Positions 1 through 13,016 of a stretch of DNA of 64,000 nucleotides are shown here, in pieces (position 1 is the first letter of the stretch; each line of letters starts with the position of its first letter). The position numbers and the translations under genes are program-made. Source of the DNA: Catajapyx aquilonaris (lineage: Eukaryota); the NCBI GenBank assembly GCA_000934665.2, contig KZ537972.1, positions 62,001-126,000 of the forward strand, in the 5' to 3' direction. The notes beneath the pieces are model-generated. The model saw nothing but the letters and a program-made list of their open reading frames with translations, made no database searches and was not told where the DNA came from.

Positions 1-3000
1 ATAGGAAATCCCCCCGTACATTTTTTTAAACTCCCCATCTCCACCCTTCCTGGTTCTACTCTCGGGGAAAGGGGCGTGATATATGGAAAGAGCGGCAGTG
101 CTGATCTGCGAAAATGGTCCATGTGTGAAGGGGAAGGTTGGCTAACTCTCTCTCTCCGGGACGAGGCTTTTCCTCCCTGTAGGATTATTCTGCTTTCAGA
201 ACCAGGAGCCGAAAAAGGTTTCTGTGGGCGGAAAATTTCGGAGGCATGGTTTTACGCAGCACATGTCAGGAAATGGATTTAACGCGCGGCATGAATGCTC
301 CCGTTTGTGCCGGGCCGAAAGAGGATTTAAGACCTGAACACTGGGCCAAGCTTTTCCTATATACTGGTGTAAATATACACTTGCTAATTAATTAGGTAAT
401 GCGGCATAGCTAGGGCACAAATTAGTTTGGCTGGCGATGCGAGCCTGTCGGATGACTATTTTTTATTCGCGCACAAACAGTCCGAAACAGTCCATGTTAC
501 CATATTCCCGTAGCGTCCGATTTCATTTCGCTTGACATGCTTCAAAGCCATGTGCGTGGTGCATTGGGCGTGTGGTTCCAACTGCGGGCGGATCGTTTTC
601 CCCCTCAGTCTGCCCCCTAAATAACTCGCCGAAATGGAATATGTCATAGGGGGCCTAAACTTGGGACACTGACCATAATGCTATGGGGGCGAGTTGGATA
701 GAGGGGACCAGGGGACGCTTGAAAATCGAGGGGGGGATGGTGCAATATGGTGTCTTCGCAGGCGGTCGTATTTGGGGTTTGGACTAGCGGATACCGAACT
801 TTGGGCTGTGAATAAGGCTGGTGCATCTTCGGTTATTGTGGTTCCAGATTGTTATTACAACTATTTTATAGTGCTGTGCCAGACCCGAAGCAAACTCGCC
901 GCGTCGTATGACGTAAATCTTGATATTTGTACAAACTGCATTAGCCTATTGATTTATATCGATTACTACAGGAGGGTTAGGCGAAAATGGGGCGACAGAA
1001 TGCTGGACCGAAAGAGACTTCGTGTGTTATTTAAATAGCATGTGGTTGTGCAACGTGACGCCGACCTAGATCTGTAAACGTGACTTTCCAGTCGTTCCCT
1101 TTGTTGGTACAATCCAATTTTTATAAGTTTACGTTACTAATTGCCACGCGAACTATTTTTGGCGTAATGTAAAATAATAATAAGCTCCCATGTACTGTTT
1201 GCGCCAAAGTACAAAATTGCTGTTGCTAAGTATAGCGAAACAAACGACTTCCCAGAAGAAAAAACAAACTTGGTATGAAACTGGTATTAAATAGGACCGA
1301 AATAGGATTAATATAATAATACTCTCATTTAGATTAACGGCATTAAAATCCGGGACGTTTTAATAGGCGGCATAAAAGCATCCAGTATGTGGAATTTATC
1401 GAGAACCGCATGGTATTTTGCTTCTTTCTACTCGTACAATAAGCTGGTGCAAAACTGAATGAGTTTATATACCGCATATAAGCCTGGTATTGGAGCCACA
1501 TGAGATAATGCCAGGCCCTATCAAAGAGAATCTAATTTGACAATTTAGGCAGGGAAGCCAGTTGCAGCAGGGGGGGGGGTCTCCATTTTTGATGGCGGAA
1601 ACTATAGTTTCCAAATTAATCTGGAAGCACGAGGGTGACATCGTACGTTTGTGTCGCGGACCATTTCGCCCTCCCTTTTCCGAAAGTGAGCATAACTTGA
1701 CGATATGGATCTGCCACTGAGAGGAGGATTTCCGGCGAGAAGTTGAGATGATCCTGTGAAAATCCGGCTGGAATGAGTCTGAGGGATAAAGCCCAAAAAC
1801 GGAAATGTGGGAGAGGTTTTTTGGGGGGGAACCGGAGGCTATGTGCGTGTATAGGCAGCAGGCTATACCAAGAGCACAGCATTTATTCATTACTAGTCAT
1901 CATGGAAGCCGGCCGGTAATAAAGAGGCTAATGTGGGAAGTTGGGTTTGTAGTTGAGCCCTAGCTGGAAGTCTAGCACTCCATTTCCATCCACAAGCTCG
2001 TGCTCAGTGTGCAAGTTGGCTTTGCCCAACTCGGGTGCTTGTCGGCATCATGGATCGCATTCGGTACGAATTAGGATGGTGTCGCACAGGCCGTCGCCTC
2101 TTGACGAGAACCGTCGACGGGGCGGATTTAGAGCCGGACCGACAGCACTCTGTGGCGCTAATCCGGACGTCATTTTCAACCTAACCGGATAAAAAGGATG
2201 GGGAATCAATCGCCAAATCCGAGGAGGGGTGTTGACAGTACGAGGCTGTACCGGATGGGCAGTAGTTCAATTGCGTTACCGGCTTGTCTGGTGGGAATTA
2301 CAGATGGGGTAGTGACGAAGTACCCGTCGAACATCCGTCTTCGATCTGGACGTATATAAACATTCGGAGCAGTTTTTCTCAGTATTGGCTCAGGTTTGGT
2401 CTATATAGGCGCCGATTTGCTCTTCCCGTGGTTTAACAAACCATGCATTGTGGGCATGGTCTTTCTATGGAAACCATGACATGAGAGATCACATGACCTG
2501 TCAGTGCACTGCATCGATTTTGCGGATAAGCACATCACTTGCAGCATGCAGATGCAACCGCTATGCACTTACCCAAGCCGCTTGTCCTCAGTAACCTTCC
2601 CAACTTTTTTACCCAGTCGGTCTGGCCCAAAGAGGCGTATGTAACGCAGAAAGACGAGTCAATATGGCTTCCGGCGGTTGGAAGAAGACGGAGAAATCAA
2701 TCTTCTTTTGCTGCACTGGGGAAAGAAGAGCAGGCCCTCGGCGGGGGTGTAGAAATGATGAAAACTTAGTCATGACCACAGTCCACTTTCGACATTTTAA
2801 TTACAGCATTGTTAACAACCCGGTGATTGCGCCGCATTTAGGAGAGGCATAAAGCCATCAGGAGTGCCAGGTGCAGATTCGAGTGCTTTTTCATACAGGA
2901 GCAGGCTCCGTAATTAACTTTGGTACATTTCCATGTGCTGTTGGAAACAGTAAATCCTAGTTGGGGGTGTCGGTGGGCCGCAAGTCCTCCCCATTCCTCC

Positions 3001-6000
3001 AATGATCCATTCGCGGAAAGCCATTTCTCCGGCTTAAATCTAGCGGTAACTCTGCCCGTGAGGGAATTTGTCCGACCAAGGGTGGGAGGTATTAGGATAA
3101 ACACGATTATAATGTATGGTTGCCTGTGGAGAGGACTCCCGGAAGGAAGCTGGCAACTTAACCTTTATCCGGTGCGGTTTGGAATCGAGATTTTGTCCTG
3201 GGAGCGGAACAGACTGCTCTGGAGCAGGATGGTAATGCAATCTGTTGCCAGTGTTTTAAGTAAGGGTGCCACAACCGGCTGTAATTAATTGCATAAATGA
3301 GAATCACTACATTTTGGAAATTTTCCTGAAACTATAGACAGTTTCGTTCTAACGTTCCTCCTTTCTTTATCTAACATGCAAGCTCAGCTTAATATATGGG
3401 AGGAAAGGCATAGCCTTCCCTTGCACCTCTTTTTCTGAAGGAATACGTGGGGACTGGTATTTGGGAGGCGCAGGGAGGCGAGTAGTTTCACGTTTAAATG
3501 TGTCGTGAAACCACAACCCACGAAAGAAATGTTACCTTTTACTGCCATTTTACGCTCGGGTCACAGTAGCCCCCGTGTCGATTAACTTGATGGAAAGCAG
3601 TATACACGTAGCATTAAAACTTGAGCTACGTGGGAGGTGGAAATTTGAACCGGATCCGGAGCTTCAGGTTCTATAAGGTGCGTAATGAGACTGGCAAGAG
3701 GAATCGGGTTCAAGTGTTTATGGAGGCCGTTTTTAGGGAGCCGAGGCAATTGAGAGATTTGTTTTAGTGATAGGTAAATTCGGCGACAGTCAGATGAATT
3801 GATTTTTGTTGATATGACCCAAGCCAGAAGAAAGGTTCCTAAGAAATTGAGTGGTCAGTGGCGGCTCTTCCTCGTGCCCGCGTGGAGATGAGATCAAGGG
3901 GATGTTCTCTGGAGAGGTCGGCGTCCCCCGTCCGCGGCAATTTGGACCCAAAGTCCTGCGGGCCGGAAAGAAATGGATCCAAATCTCAGGGGCCGAGCCT
4001 CGCCTTTGTGTACGGAGCCGTGATGGAAAGCTAATTCACTCCCACCCAAGCTTCCCAACCCCTCCTCTCGAAAAGTGAATCGCATGAATTCTTCATGTAT
4101 GGACAGTAGGGATTGCCTTACTAGCCAGTCTATTTTTTTGGGGGGGGGGAGCTGCCATATTTGTCAGCATCGTGTCGGTTATCCCACCATGAGAGAATAT
4201 ACTGCCTTTCACCCTTTTGCGTTGAATATGGCCGGAAAAAAAATGTGGGATCAATATTTGCACTGTGCCGTCTGTTATCATTCAGATATCAAAGGAAACA
4301 TTGGAAGCTGGTTTTAAAAATAGGGGGAGATGGAACAATAACGGTGTAACCTCCTCCCCTTTTGCCCCCGGAAGGATCATTATATGGGTTGTAAAATGCG
4401 GAAGGTTCTTTTTTTTCCATTGCAGGTGTGAGTTACATGTGCGTGGAATTTCTTTGACTGGAGGAGCGTATCTTCCGTTGGGAAATTCAAGGGGAATTTG
4501 ACTTTCAAAGCGGGATTGACGCGGTTATGGATGGTATCGAGTAGGACCTCGGAATTCATTGCAGATGGAATAAAAGACCTGAGCACTTCATGGAGCCGGG
4601 ACCGGTATTGGAATATGAAGTGGGAATTATCCGGTATTGATGTGAAATAAATGCTTTTCGCACACCCTACTTTTTTGGAGCTCAGTTAAAGCGGCACTTG
4701 CACCAGTGGATGTGCTGGTTATTCCAACAATGGCTATTGGAGAGTTCTGAATAAGCCGCCATGATAGAGTGCGACAGTATCAAATTAATTGCGAACTTTA
4801 CATCGATTCCCTCTTGCAGCATCTTGATAATAGCTGTTGTAATATTTCCTTTTCAATCGTGCGAGCTGGCAAGTTGCATTAATATAGAGTTGCATTTTCC
4901 CTCCTGGCTTCAGTGGTGCTCGAAACTTTAGTGCTTTGGATGGCAGTAATAAGAACAAGAGAGAGCCTCAAGGATTCGAGGAAAGCAAGGAGCTTCCATG
5001 ACGAGTGGAAAGGCAGAAGTGCTTTCTTTTTCAAGTGAGATTACATATTCTGTGTATGCCTGATTCTATAGGGCCATAATGTGGTAGAACAAGGGGCATA
5101 TACGACGGTATTGCTACATAAGTCCGTTGTACTGAGGAATTTGGGCAGGTACGTGAGAGGATTTTGTGCGGATAAGTCGGAAAGTGGTTAGGCCGAGAAT
5201 TGCTCTAATTTCTCTTACGCTCCAGTTGACTCATCTTCAGAGGTAATGAGGATAAGGCTCAGATCTCGGATAGTTTGCTAATGTACGTGGCTTGAGTATA
5301 GGTGTTGCCAGGATTAGGTCAATTTGCTTATCGCTATGTAGATGTTAGTGGTGTAAATGTTTGCTTGATAATGGGGATTCACCAGTACATCAAGGAGAAC
5401 AGCGCATACCTTGCTGGCACACTCTGCATATATTACCCGAGACGAAAGGAACAGCTGGCAACGCGCTTAATTTGCAGTGCAGCAGCGAGTGGTGCAAACG
5501 ATAACATTCCCAGTTATGACCTGCGGGGTTCTTCTGGGCTCTGGGGCTGCATAAATCGTGGGCAACTGCGTCTTGAAGACGGTGGCCATGTTTGGCATCA
5601 GCAAAGAGATGACCGGTTGGCATGGTGCTCATAATTAAACTGGCGGTTTAATTAAGCCGAAACCTCCGCATGGGGCAAGAAGAAGGCCTGATTTCGCAAG
5701 TGGAGATAACTGCGTTTCTCCCCCTGCGGATAAGGGTCGGGTTGACATTTCATTTATATTCCAAGCTTCGTATTATTGAGCGGCGACTAATTGCAAAACC
5801 TGCGTGTTCATCACCGTCGTAATCATACCTGCTATGTTTGGGGCATCCCTGTGGAGGCCTGAATATTGCATCGTCCTGTTTGATTCATGAGGAAATGAGC
5901 AGAGGTGAGGAGGCTTTAATTTGCAAACTGGCCGACTTTGTGATTTGGTCCATTGGGAGGGGTCTAAGGAAGGCGGAAGGAACAATATATAACAAGGCAA

Positions 6001-9000
6001 AAGAAAGCCATTCGTCTTAATATTCCTGTCACCTTTCGGTCTCTAATCGGAGTTTCCTGGGATGCAGGGCTAATGCGAGTCTTTTTCTCACATCACCCAT
6101 TTCTCTTCGTCGTTCGTAATCACGTCGATTTCCTCCGGGGACCTGCCTGGAAAGTTGCGAGAAAGAAGAGCACGGGAGAAAGGTCTCGTCCTATCCTGAT
6201 TAATAAAACCAGCTTTGTGGCAGGGTGGGGGTGGGGGATGTTGAACGAGGTGCTGCTTTTTCACGACGTGGGCTTAAATTCATATTTTTCCGGAAGCTCC
6301 AGGATGAAAGGAGGTGCCCGTGGCAAGAAGACAAAGGTGGTTCCCAAGTGATTGCTTAGAAGAAGAAAAAAAAAATGGGGGGAGGGGGGGGGGTATTTCT
6401 TTTGCGCAGGCTTTGATGTTGCACTGGATTTACTTGCGGAGGTGGTTAAATATTCTGTTTGAGAGTAATTTTCACGCCTTACCTGATTGTTATGAACTAC
6501 CAAGTGCTGACTGGGAATTGGGTATCCTGTCTGTTCTAATGGATATTAATCAGGAGCTTGATGCTGCAGCACCAGATTAGCTGCATGATTGTAATGAACA
6601 TTTGCACTGCAGTGATTGCGGAGTGAATAAGTAATGGCAAGATCACAGTTTTTGTGCTGTTGATTGCGCAAGGTGTCGAGAAACGAACCAGATTTAGCGT
6701 GTAGGTTTTTACATGAAAATGTCATTGAACTTTAAGGTCGTTTTGACTTAATGTGAAGACTTAATGTAAATTTTTTTATTAGAAATTCAAGTACTGTGCA
6801 ACTTCTGCGACAAGGGGAGAGAGGGTAAAATGAACTAATTGATTTGATCAAGACATGTTGGGGGGATGGCATCGTTGGGAAGGGCGTGGATAATTAAGTG
6901 AATTTCGGGGCTTTGCCCTAAAATCTAAAGACAGCGGCATTGCTTATTCATTGCCTGCTCCGCCAAATACACTGGAGGAGCTTGTTAGAAATTGAAAGCG
7001 GTCCATCTATTGCATACTTTTGTTCCTTATATTTCGTCTCCTCCCCCTGTATTCCAGTCCCCTCTCCTTTCATTCTACGGGATCCGATGTCCTCTGCATT
7101 CCAATCGGCTGTTTTCCCCCGCCGTAACGAGTTCGCATGCAGAGTGAAGTCGAATTATGCTGAATATTTCGCGCGAAATGGGTGCAATCTTGGAAATAGC
7201 CGCAAAATGCGGGTGCTTCTGTCGAGAAGCGTTATACATTAATGAGTATCTTACGGTGTCTGTTTGACCTCCCGATAGTTTGTATAGTATCTTGCAGAGA
7301 GAACTGGATGGGATATAGTCTTACAAGGCTGGCTTCTAGCGATGAAAGGATTCGTGGGATCCATCGTGGGTGGAGCTATAGCTACTGGCTTTTTGATCCG
7401 AGGTGCCTCTCGACAGGAGACATTTCCGACAAAAGCCCACAGATATTGACATCTCACACAGGGAGAGGGCGTTTATCCGGGGGAAGAAAGTTTTTGGAGC
7501 CAACATCGCGCCAATAGTTCCAACTTTGTAGCGCACTTTGCGCGGAACTTAACACCACTTGTTTTATTGCTCCAGAGTGCATTTTCCCCAAGTGTTTACG
7601 GACCATTTTAGCCAGCATCCCCCTCCGAAGTCCCCTCAATTGACACCTTATCTCGTATATCTCCGTGAATGCTGCAATTATTAGCACCGTCTATAATCTG
7701 GTAGCTGGATATGGACATGTGTTTCTCACTGACATTTGAAGCACCTTGTATAATGTGATTATTAGAAATTCTGCACCGGGTCTCGCACACAGATTGTGGA
7801 AAAGGAGTTTAATTTCTTGAGCAGGAAATAATGCATCTTGTGTGCCTGGCAGGAAATGTCTGAGATGCGTAACGCGACCAGAGTGGCATTAGTGCGGCAT
7901 AGTTAGATATCCTCAATTCCCAGTTTAATCACAGGTGGGCTCGGTAATGAAGCGTTGGATGGAAAATGAAGATGCTCTGGCGGCTTCCCTCCCGATACTT
8001 AATTCGCAATTGAGCGGCCGGAAAACCTTGCCTCTTGGCCCCCGTCTCCTTCCTTTCCCCAATCCTCCAGAAGCAGAAGCAGCCCCCTTTCCCCTTGTAT
8101 GTTATAGGCGACCGCCAATTACCGGCAGGAATGTCCTCTCCTGGGAGCAGTGCAGAGGGAGGGTACTTGCGTCAGCATGCGCAGGAAAAGCGAACGAAAT
8201 GAAGGAAGCCGAGCCTGCAGGTGAATTATGCATTCGTTCAGGCAGAGGGGGGAAGCTTGTTTTAAGACCACCTTGGCCCTCGCTGATATGTTGCATCCGG
8301 ATCAAGTGAGAAGCATCTGGCTACTCCCGGACCCAAATGGATGGCTATCCAATCGTCGTCGTATGCGTTATTCAGCGGGATCGAACAATGTGCAGGGCAC
8401 TGGCTAGGTTCACGCACAGGCGCGCAATTCTATACAGAGTGAGTCAGAACATCCTCCAACTTTGCCCTTTGTTCCACATAACTACACTTGAACCGACTTG
8501 AACTGAAGCCGTACACAAGCACAAGCATAAACGCGGAATTCAGGCTTAATCTCTGCCAGTGCCAGACTATACACACTGTATACCCGGCCTCTTATTCCAA
8601 CGACAAGCAGCACCGCAAATGGAGTTCAATTAAGGCTCCCATCAAGCATAGACCATCGCAGCTCATCGGGGAGGAAAAGCAGCTAGAAGGGGAGGGGAAA
8701 GGGAGAAAGATCCTCTTTCTGGGGGCTTCTACCAAGTTTATAGCTCATGGCAGTCGCAATCCCTCAATCAGCATTCCGAGTGCTTCGTTCCACTGGATAC
8801 TAACTTCATCCTACCGCCCCCCAACCCTCTTTTCCGGCTTGGCTTTTCTTTGATTGACCGACCCTGTCAGTTGGGGCTAGGGACATCCTCACTTTTAACC
8901 CGACGACGACCCTCAAAAGATGGGGCTGGACGGTTTTCTTGGCTCGGACAAGATAAAATCAGTCTCGTAAGCTGGGTACGTATAACATGGAGCAAGGTCG

Positions 9001-10933
9001 TACGTGACAAATGAGGTTTGGGTTAATAAGACTAATAACAATGAAGTAAGACGAGCTTCCTTTTGGGGAGGGTTTCGGGAAAAGCGAAAGTCCTCGCCGC
9101 ACCCCCCCCCCCTTTTGAAAGGTGGACAAAAGCGGAATGAGAGACTTGTGCCGGCGAAAGCACTTCTGCGGCACAATACATGCAGGCGAACTCCAAATGC
9201 AGGCGAGCTTTGTGAGTCGGTCTCATCCATAACGCTACCTTCAGCGTCTTCCTGCCTGGGCCTTTCAAGAGGGAATATCGGGACGGCGCCATTTTTGCAA
9301 TTAATGAGAAAGGCGGGATGTGGCTTCTTTTGCAGCAGGCAAACTTGATGGCGCTTTTGAATATCGGGAAGGATTACTTCGGGTCTTAGTGAAGACAAGC
9401 GGCAGGCGGGTGAGGGGGGTTAGATGCCTTTTTAAGGTAGGGTTTTCGGTAGTTTGCATCACACTGCCATCGGTTCTCGCACTTTTGGCGCGTTTTGTTG
9501 TCAGCTAACAATCGCTGGGATTATGTCCCGTATTGTCCAAAGTTGGTGAATTACAAGGTGTGATGGCAGGTGTAACATCTCAGTTGCTAGTCGTGTCATC
9601 ACTAGAGAGACTAATTTCTAGCTGCATTTGATAATATTACTCTTATAATTGTGTGGCTGTTCATTAGTTCCGCATATATTTACTGCAGAAATCATAATTA
9701 GCAGAGTTACATAGCTTGAGGATATTGTCAGGACCTACCTCGAAACATGGTAGCAATTAGTGGGAGCGTTCTCCAGCAGGATTGACTAACAGGGGATGGC
9801 ACAGTTATTTCTTCGCCCCTTATTCGCAACTGTGCTAAAAATCAATGGGCTGCTTCATATGCATCATCCGAGAAGATCCGTTTTCTTCCATCCATTTATT
9901 TTCCATTTCTTTTGGGAGAAATAAGGAAGCGAGGGGAAAACAACAACGGGTGCCATACTGTTTGAAGAGACGGCAGTCGCTGTCGCGAGGCTGTTTCCTT
10001 TCCCTAGAAAACCCGTCGGCGCTGCAGGGGCTCTCCTCTCATCATATGAAAAAAAAGAGAGAGAAAAATAATATTCGCGAGATATATTCGGAATATCAAA
10101 CCCCGCGATTTTACGAGTCCCGAACGGTGTAAAAGTAGAGGACGACTAGTCTGAAAAAATCCTCTTCTTTATAGCAGCCCCCTAGTACTTCCTGGAATCT
10201 TAGGCCCTGGCCAAGTTGAGCAGATAGAGTGGAGGGTTGGAGGAAAGGCCGCGGGTTCAGTGGAGTGAACAAGTCTCTCCCCAGCCTTTCTCCTCAATTT
10301 TCATTCCTGAGCTTCCTTCCACCTTGCGCTCGACTAGTTAGTTAACTCCCGAGCTTTGGGTTTCTCTCCCCACAAGAGTTTGAAGGGGGGTTGGGGGAGG
10401 CTGTGGGTGGGGAGGAAAGTGAAAGCCTACGGTCAAATACGTCCACTAATTTAATGCCCACCGCTAGTTGCGCTTAAGGAGTGGAGAGTCCCGACCTCAA
10501 TTTCGATGCCGCTGATAAACACAGGCTCTGGAAGTGGTAGGCGATGCCAATAGTATAGGGGAGATAGGCCTGATATTACAGAAGGATGAAGAAGACTTTG
10601 TGAGACTCTTCGTCTTATCATCCGGTTGCAGGTCCTCATATCGGGTACCTCACTTTGATCTCCGTGAAGCTTCCCTAGAGATTTCGAGGCTGAGGGACAG
10701 GTGGGAATGGAGGATCTGGCCCCTCCAAAAAAGAGGGGAACAAATGGCGAATAAAAATAGTCGGGGCTCCATGTAAACATGGGACGAGAGAGGCCATTTC
10801 AGATCAAAAGAGTTTGGGACTCCCGGTATGGACGAGCCCAGGGTGCCTTTGGGACTTGGAGACGGAAAAAAAACGACGGCCAATGAACGGCAGTTCTCGT
10901 ATGACAAACATGGCCCGTAGCGGTTGTTCCTGA

Positions 10934-11067
10934 AATGTTGGCAATAAGTGAGCCCAAGTTGCCTACGTGCCAGGATGAACAGAAGCTGAACTGCCCCTGT
11001 AATGCTGGCAATTTGTGAGCCAAGAGAGGAGCATACGTTGCCTACATGTCAGGATGAGCAGAAGCTG
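10934..11067. repeat. Imperfect local duplication containing GTTGCCTAC.TG.CAGGATGA.CAGAAGCTG twice
   Basis: 10958-10988 vs 11037-11067 match at 28/31. The upstream parts aatgttggcaataagtgagcccaag and aatgctggcaatttgtgagccaag also match. Confidence 0.85.
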
Positions 11068-12887
11068 TTGGTCTCTTGCGGACTAGCAATATTTTAATTT
11101 GACCTGAGCCCTAATGCTATGCAATTGGTCTTCGTACAGTGTGGCGTTGAAAGCACTGGGGGTAGTGCATTGCATCCCTGTTCGGCGTACGTCACATGCA
11201 GTCATTCCCCAAGGCAGCCGTGTAGGCAACATTGGTTCTAGGGCTTTTATCCTGATATGGCGTAAATTACCCGCCGCGGCCGGGGGGAAATTTATTGGGC
11301 GGAAACGAGTGTGCGAGCTGGAAAGCAAAGGGTATACTTTTTCGCACTTGGGACCCGCTGACGGAGATGGAAACCCGGGAATTAAGAAATAGATCTGCTG
11401 ATAGTGATAGTAGGAATCTGGCCGGCATATGAAGGGGGTGGAAGAGGGCGCCTCCCTGAAATCTGGAGATGAGGATTGCGGTTGAAGCGGAGGAAAAATG
11501 AGCGACAAATTCAAAAGGGAATGGCGTCGCTCTCGTTTCTCCCTCATCGAACCCACTCACTTCAGATATGATTTTCCGGGTGGTTGGTTTCCGGAGGAGT
11601 ATTTCGGCCCTTTATTCCTGCGGAGAATGCAGGCCAACACAATGTATGAGGGTTGGGAGGCGGGGGGGGGGGGGGGGGGAAANNNGGGGGGGGGGGGGGG
11701 GGGGGAATATAACTTGTGGTTTTGCCGAGTTGCAAGACTTTGGGGGGTAGCAAGCTGGCGCACAATGGCATGGAGTTAGTCACGTTCTACGTCGGTGTAT
11801 ACCTGACTGGGGCTATAGAATCGTTGGGGATTGATGAGGAGGGGGAAACTGGGATGGTATAAGAACTTCTCTATTATTTTGTACATTAAGTTGACCGAAC
11901 CGCTACTTATACTGACCATACTTGTCATGGCACACAAAGTAGAAGAATAGGCAGAAGTGGCAACTCCCAGAGACCGCGCCTTAATCGGGCAGGAACCCCT
12001 TGGTAATATTGCGAATGGGAATTGGCACATCACCCCTGTGTCTGGGAGCTGTGCGGCTTTCTCATGGCGGCTGCGCTGCAGGGCCCCCTCCCGTGTTCCG
12101 CCAGATGTGCCCAAAAAGATAGTTGGCCCAGGTCCTTGGCAGTGTCGTGACCTCTCCAGCTCCGGTGTTTGGCGACGCCCCTTTATTTGGGGCGCGTCTG
12201 TCTCGGACTGCGATACGGGCAGTGCAGTGACGGATTTCCAATAAGTGTCTCCGAGTGATTGTGGTATTCGTTCCCGTTCGCCACCAACGGGGGTCAGCTT
12301 GAAGTGACAGCAGCTTTCTTTCCCTTCCCAACATTTTCTCCGGATACTCTTTTCCTCCCGCTCGCGAAAAAAGGTTTATTGAATTCTGACTCATGCTTTG
12401 AATGCCCATTGTCCGGCTTTGGGTTGATTTTGGTCACAATGGTGCCCGTCCTAATTAATCGGGCTTGTTAGTGACGGGAGAGACTCGTGACCCGGTGGCA
12501 ACATATGGCCAAAATGGTGCTGATTGAGGACTGGGTGGGTATATATACGTGTGTGGTGGTGTGGGGTGGTGGGGGAGTTTCATCTTGATGCTGGAGGCGA
12601 CAGGCGTGGATTGCGCGCGATGTGCACAGCGCAGCACCTCCTCTCCGACACGGTACAGTAGTAGGGCCAACGATTTCGGCATTGATCTTCCAGCCTGCCA
12701 CCTGTATGGCCGTGTGTACTGCCACCGGATAAAAATAACTCCGACACGTCTCCGGTCCTGCCCCCTTAAAAAAGGCGGGCGCCATGTGACATGTGTGTTG
12801 CCGGGCCATGTGACTAGTGATCGGATTGCTCAAGGTGTAGTGTTTTGAAAGTGATAGTGTGTGCGGGTGGTGTGGTGCAGGAGCAGA

Positions 12888-13016
12888 ATGCCTGTGCTTT
12901 TCTTACCCAACGCTATGGCTACCAACGGCTATAGGCTACTATCAGCCGCCGGAATGGATACGTTACAATCCTTCCTGAAAGAACATGGCAACGAGTGCAT
13001 CCGACAATTCGTGCAG
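12888..13016 (+). CDS. Candidate alternative first coding exon of liprin-alpha: MPVLFLPNAMATNGYRLLSAAGMDTLQSFLKEHGNECIRQFVQ
   Basis: ATG at 12888 (also in-frame ATG at 12915), 43 open codons with a natural, helix-like composition, ending CAG|GTAAAA in phase 0, compatible with the 55694 exon. A promoter-like region lies immediately upstream. Confidence 0.65.
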
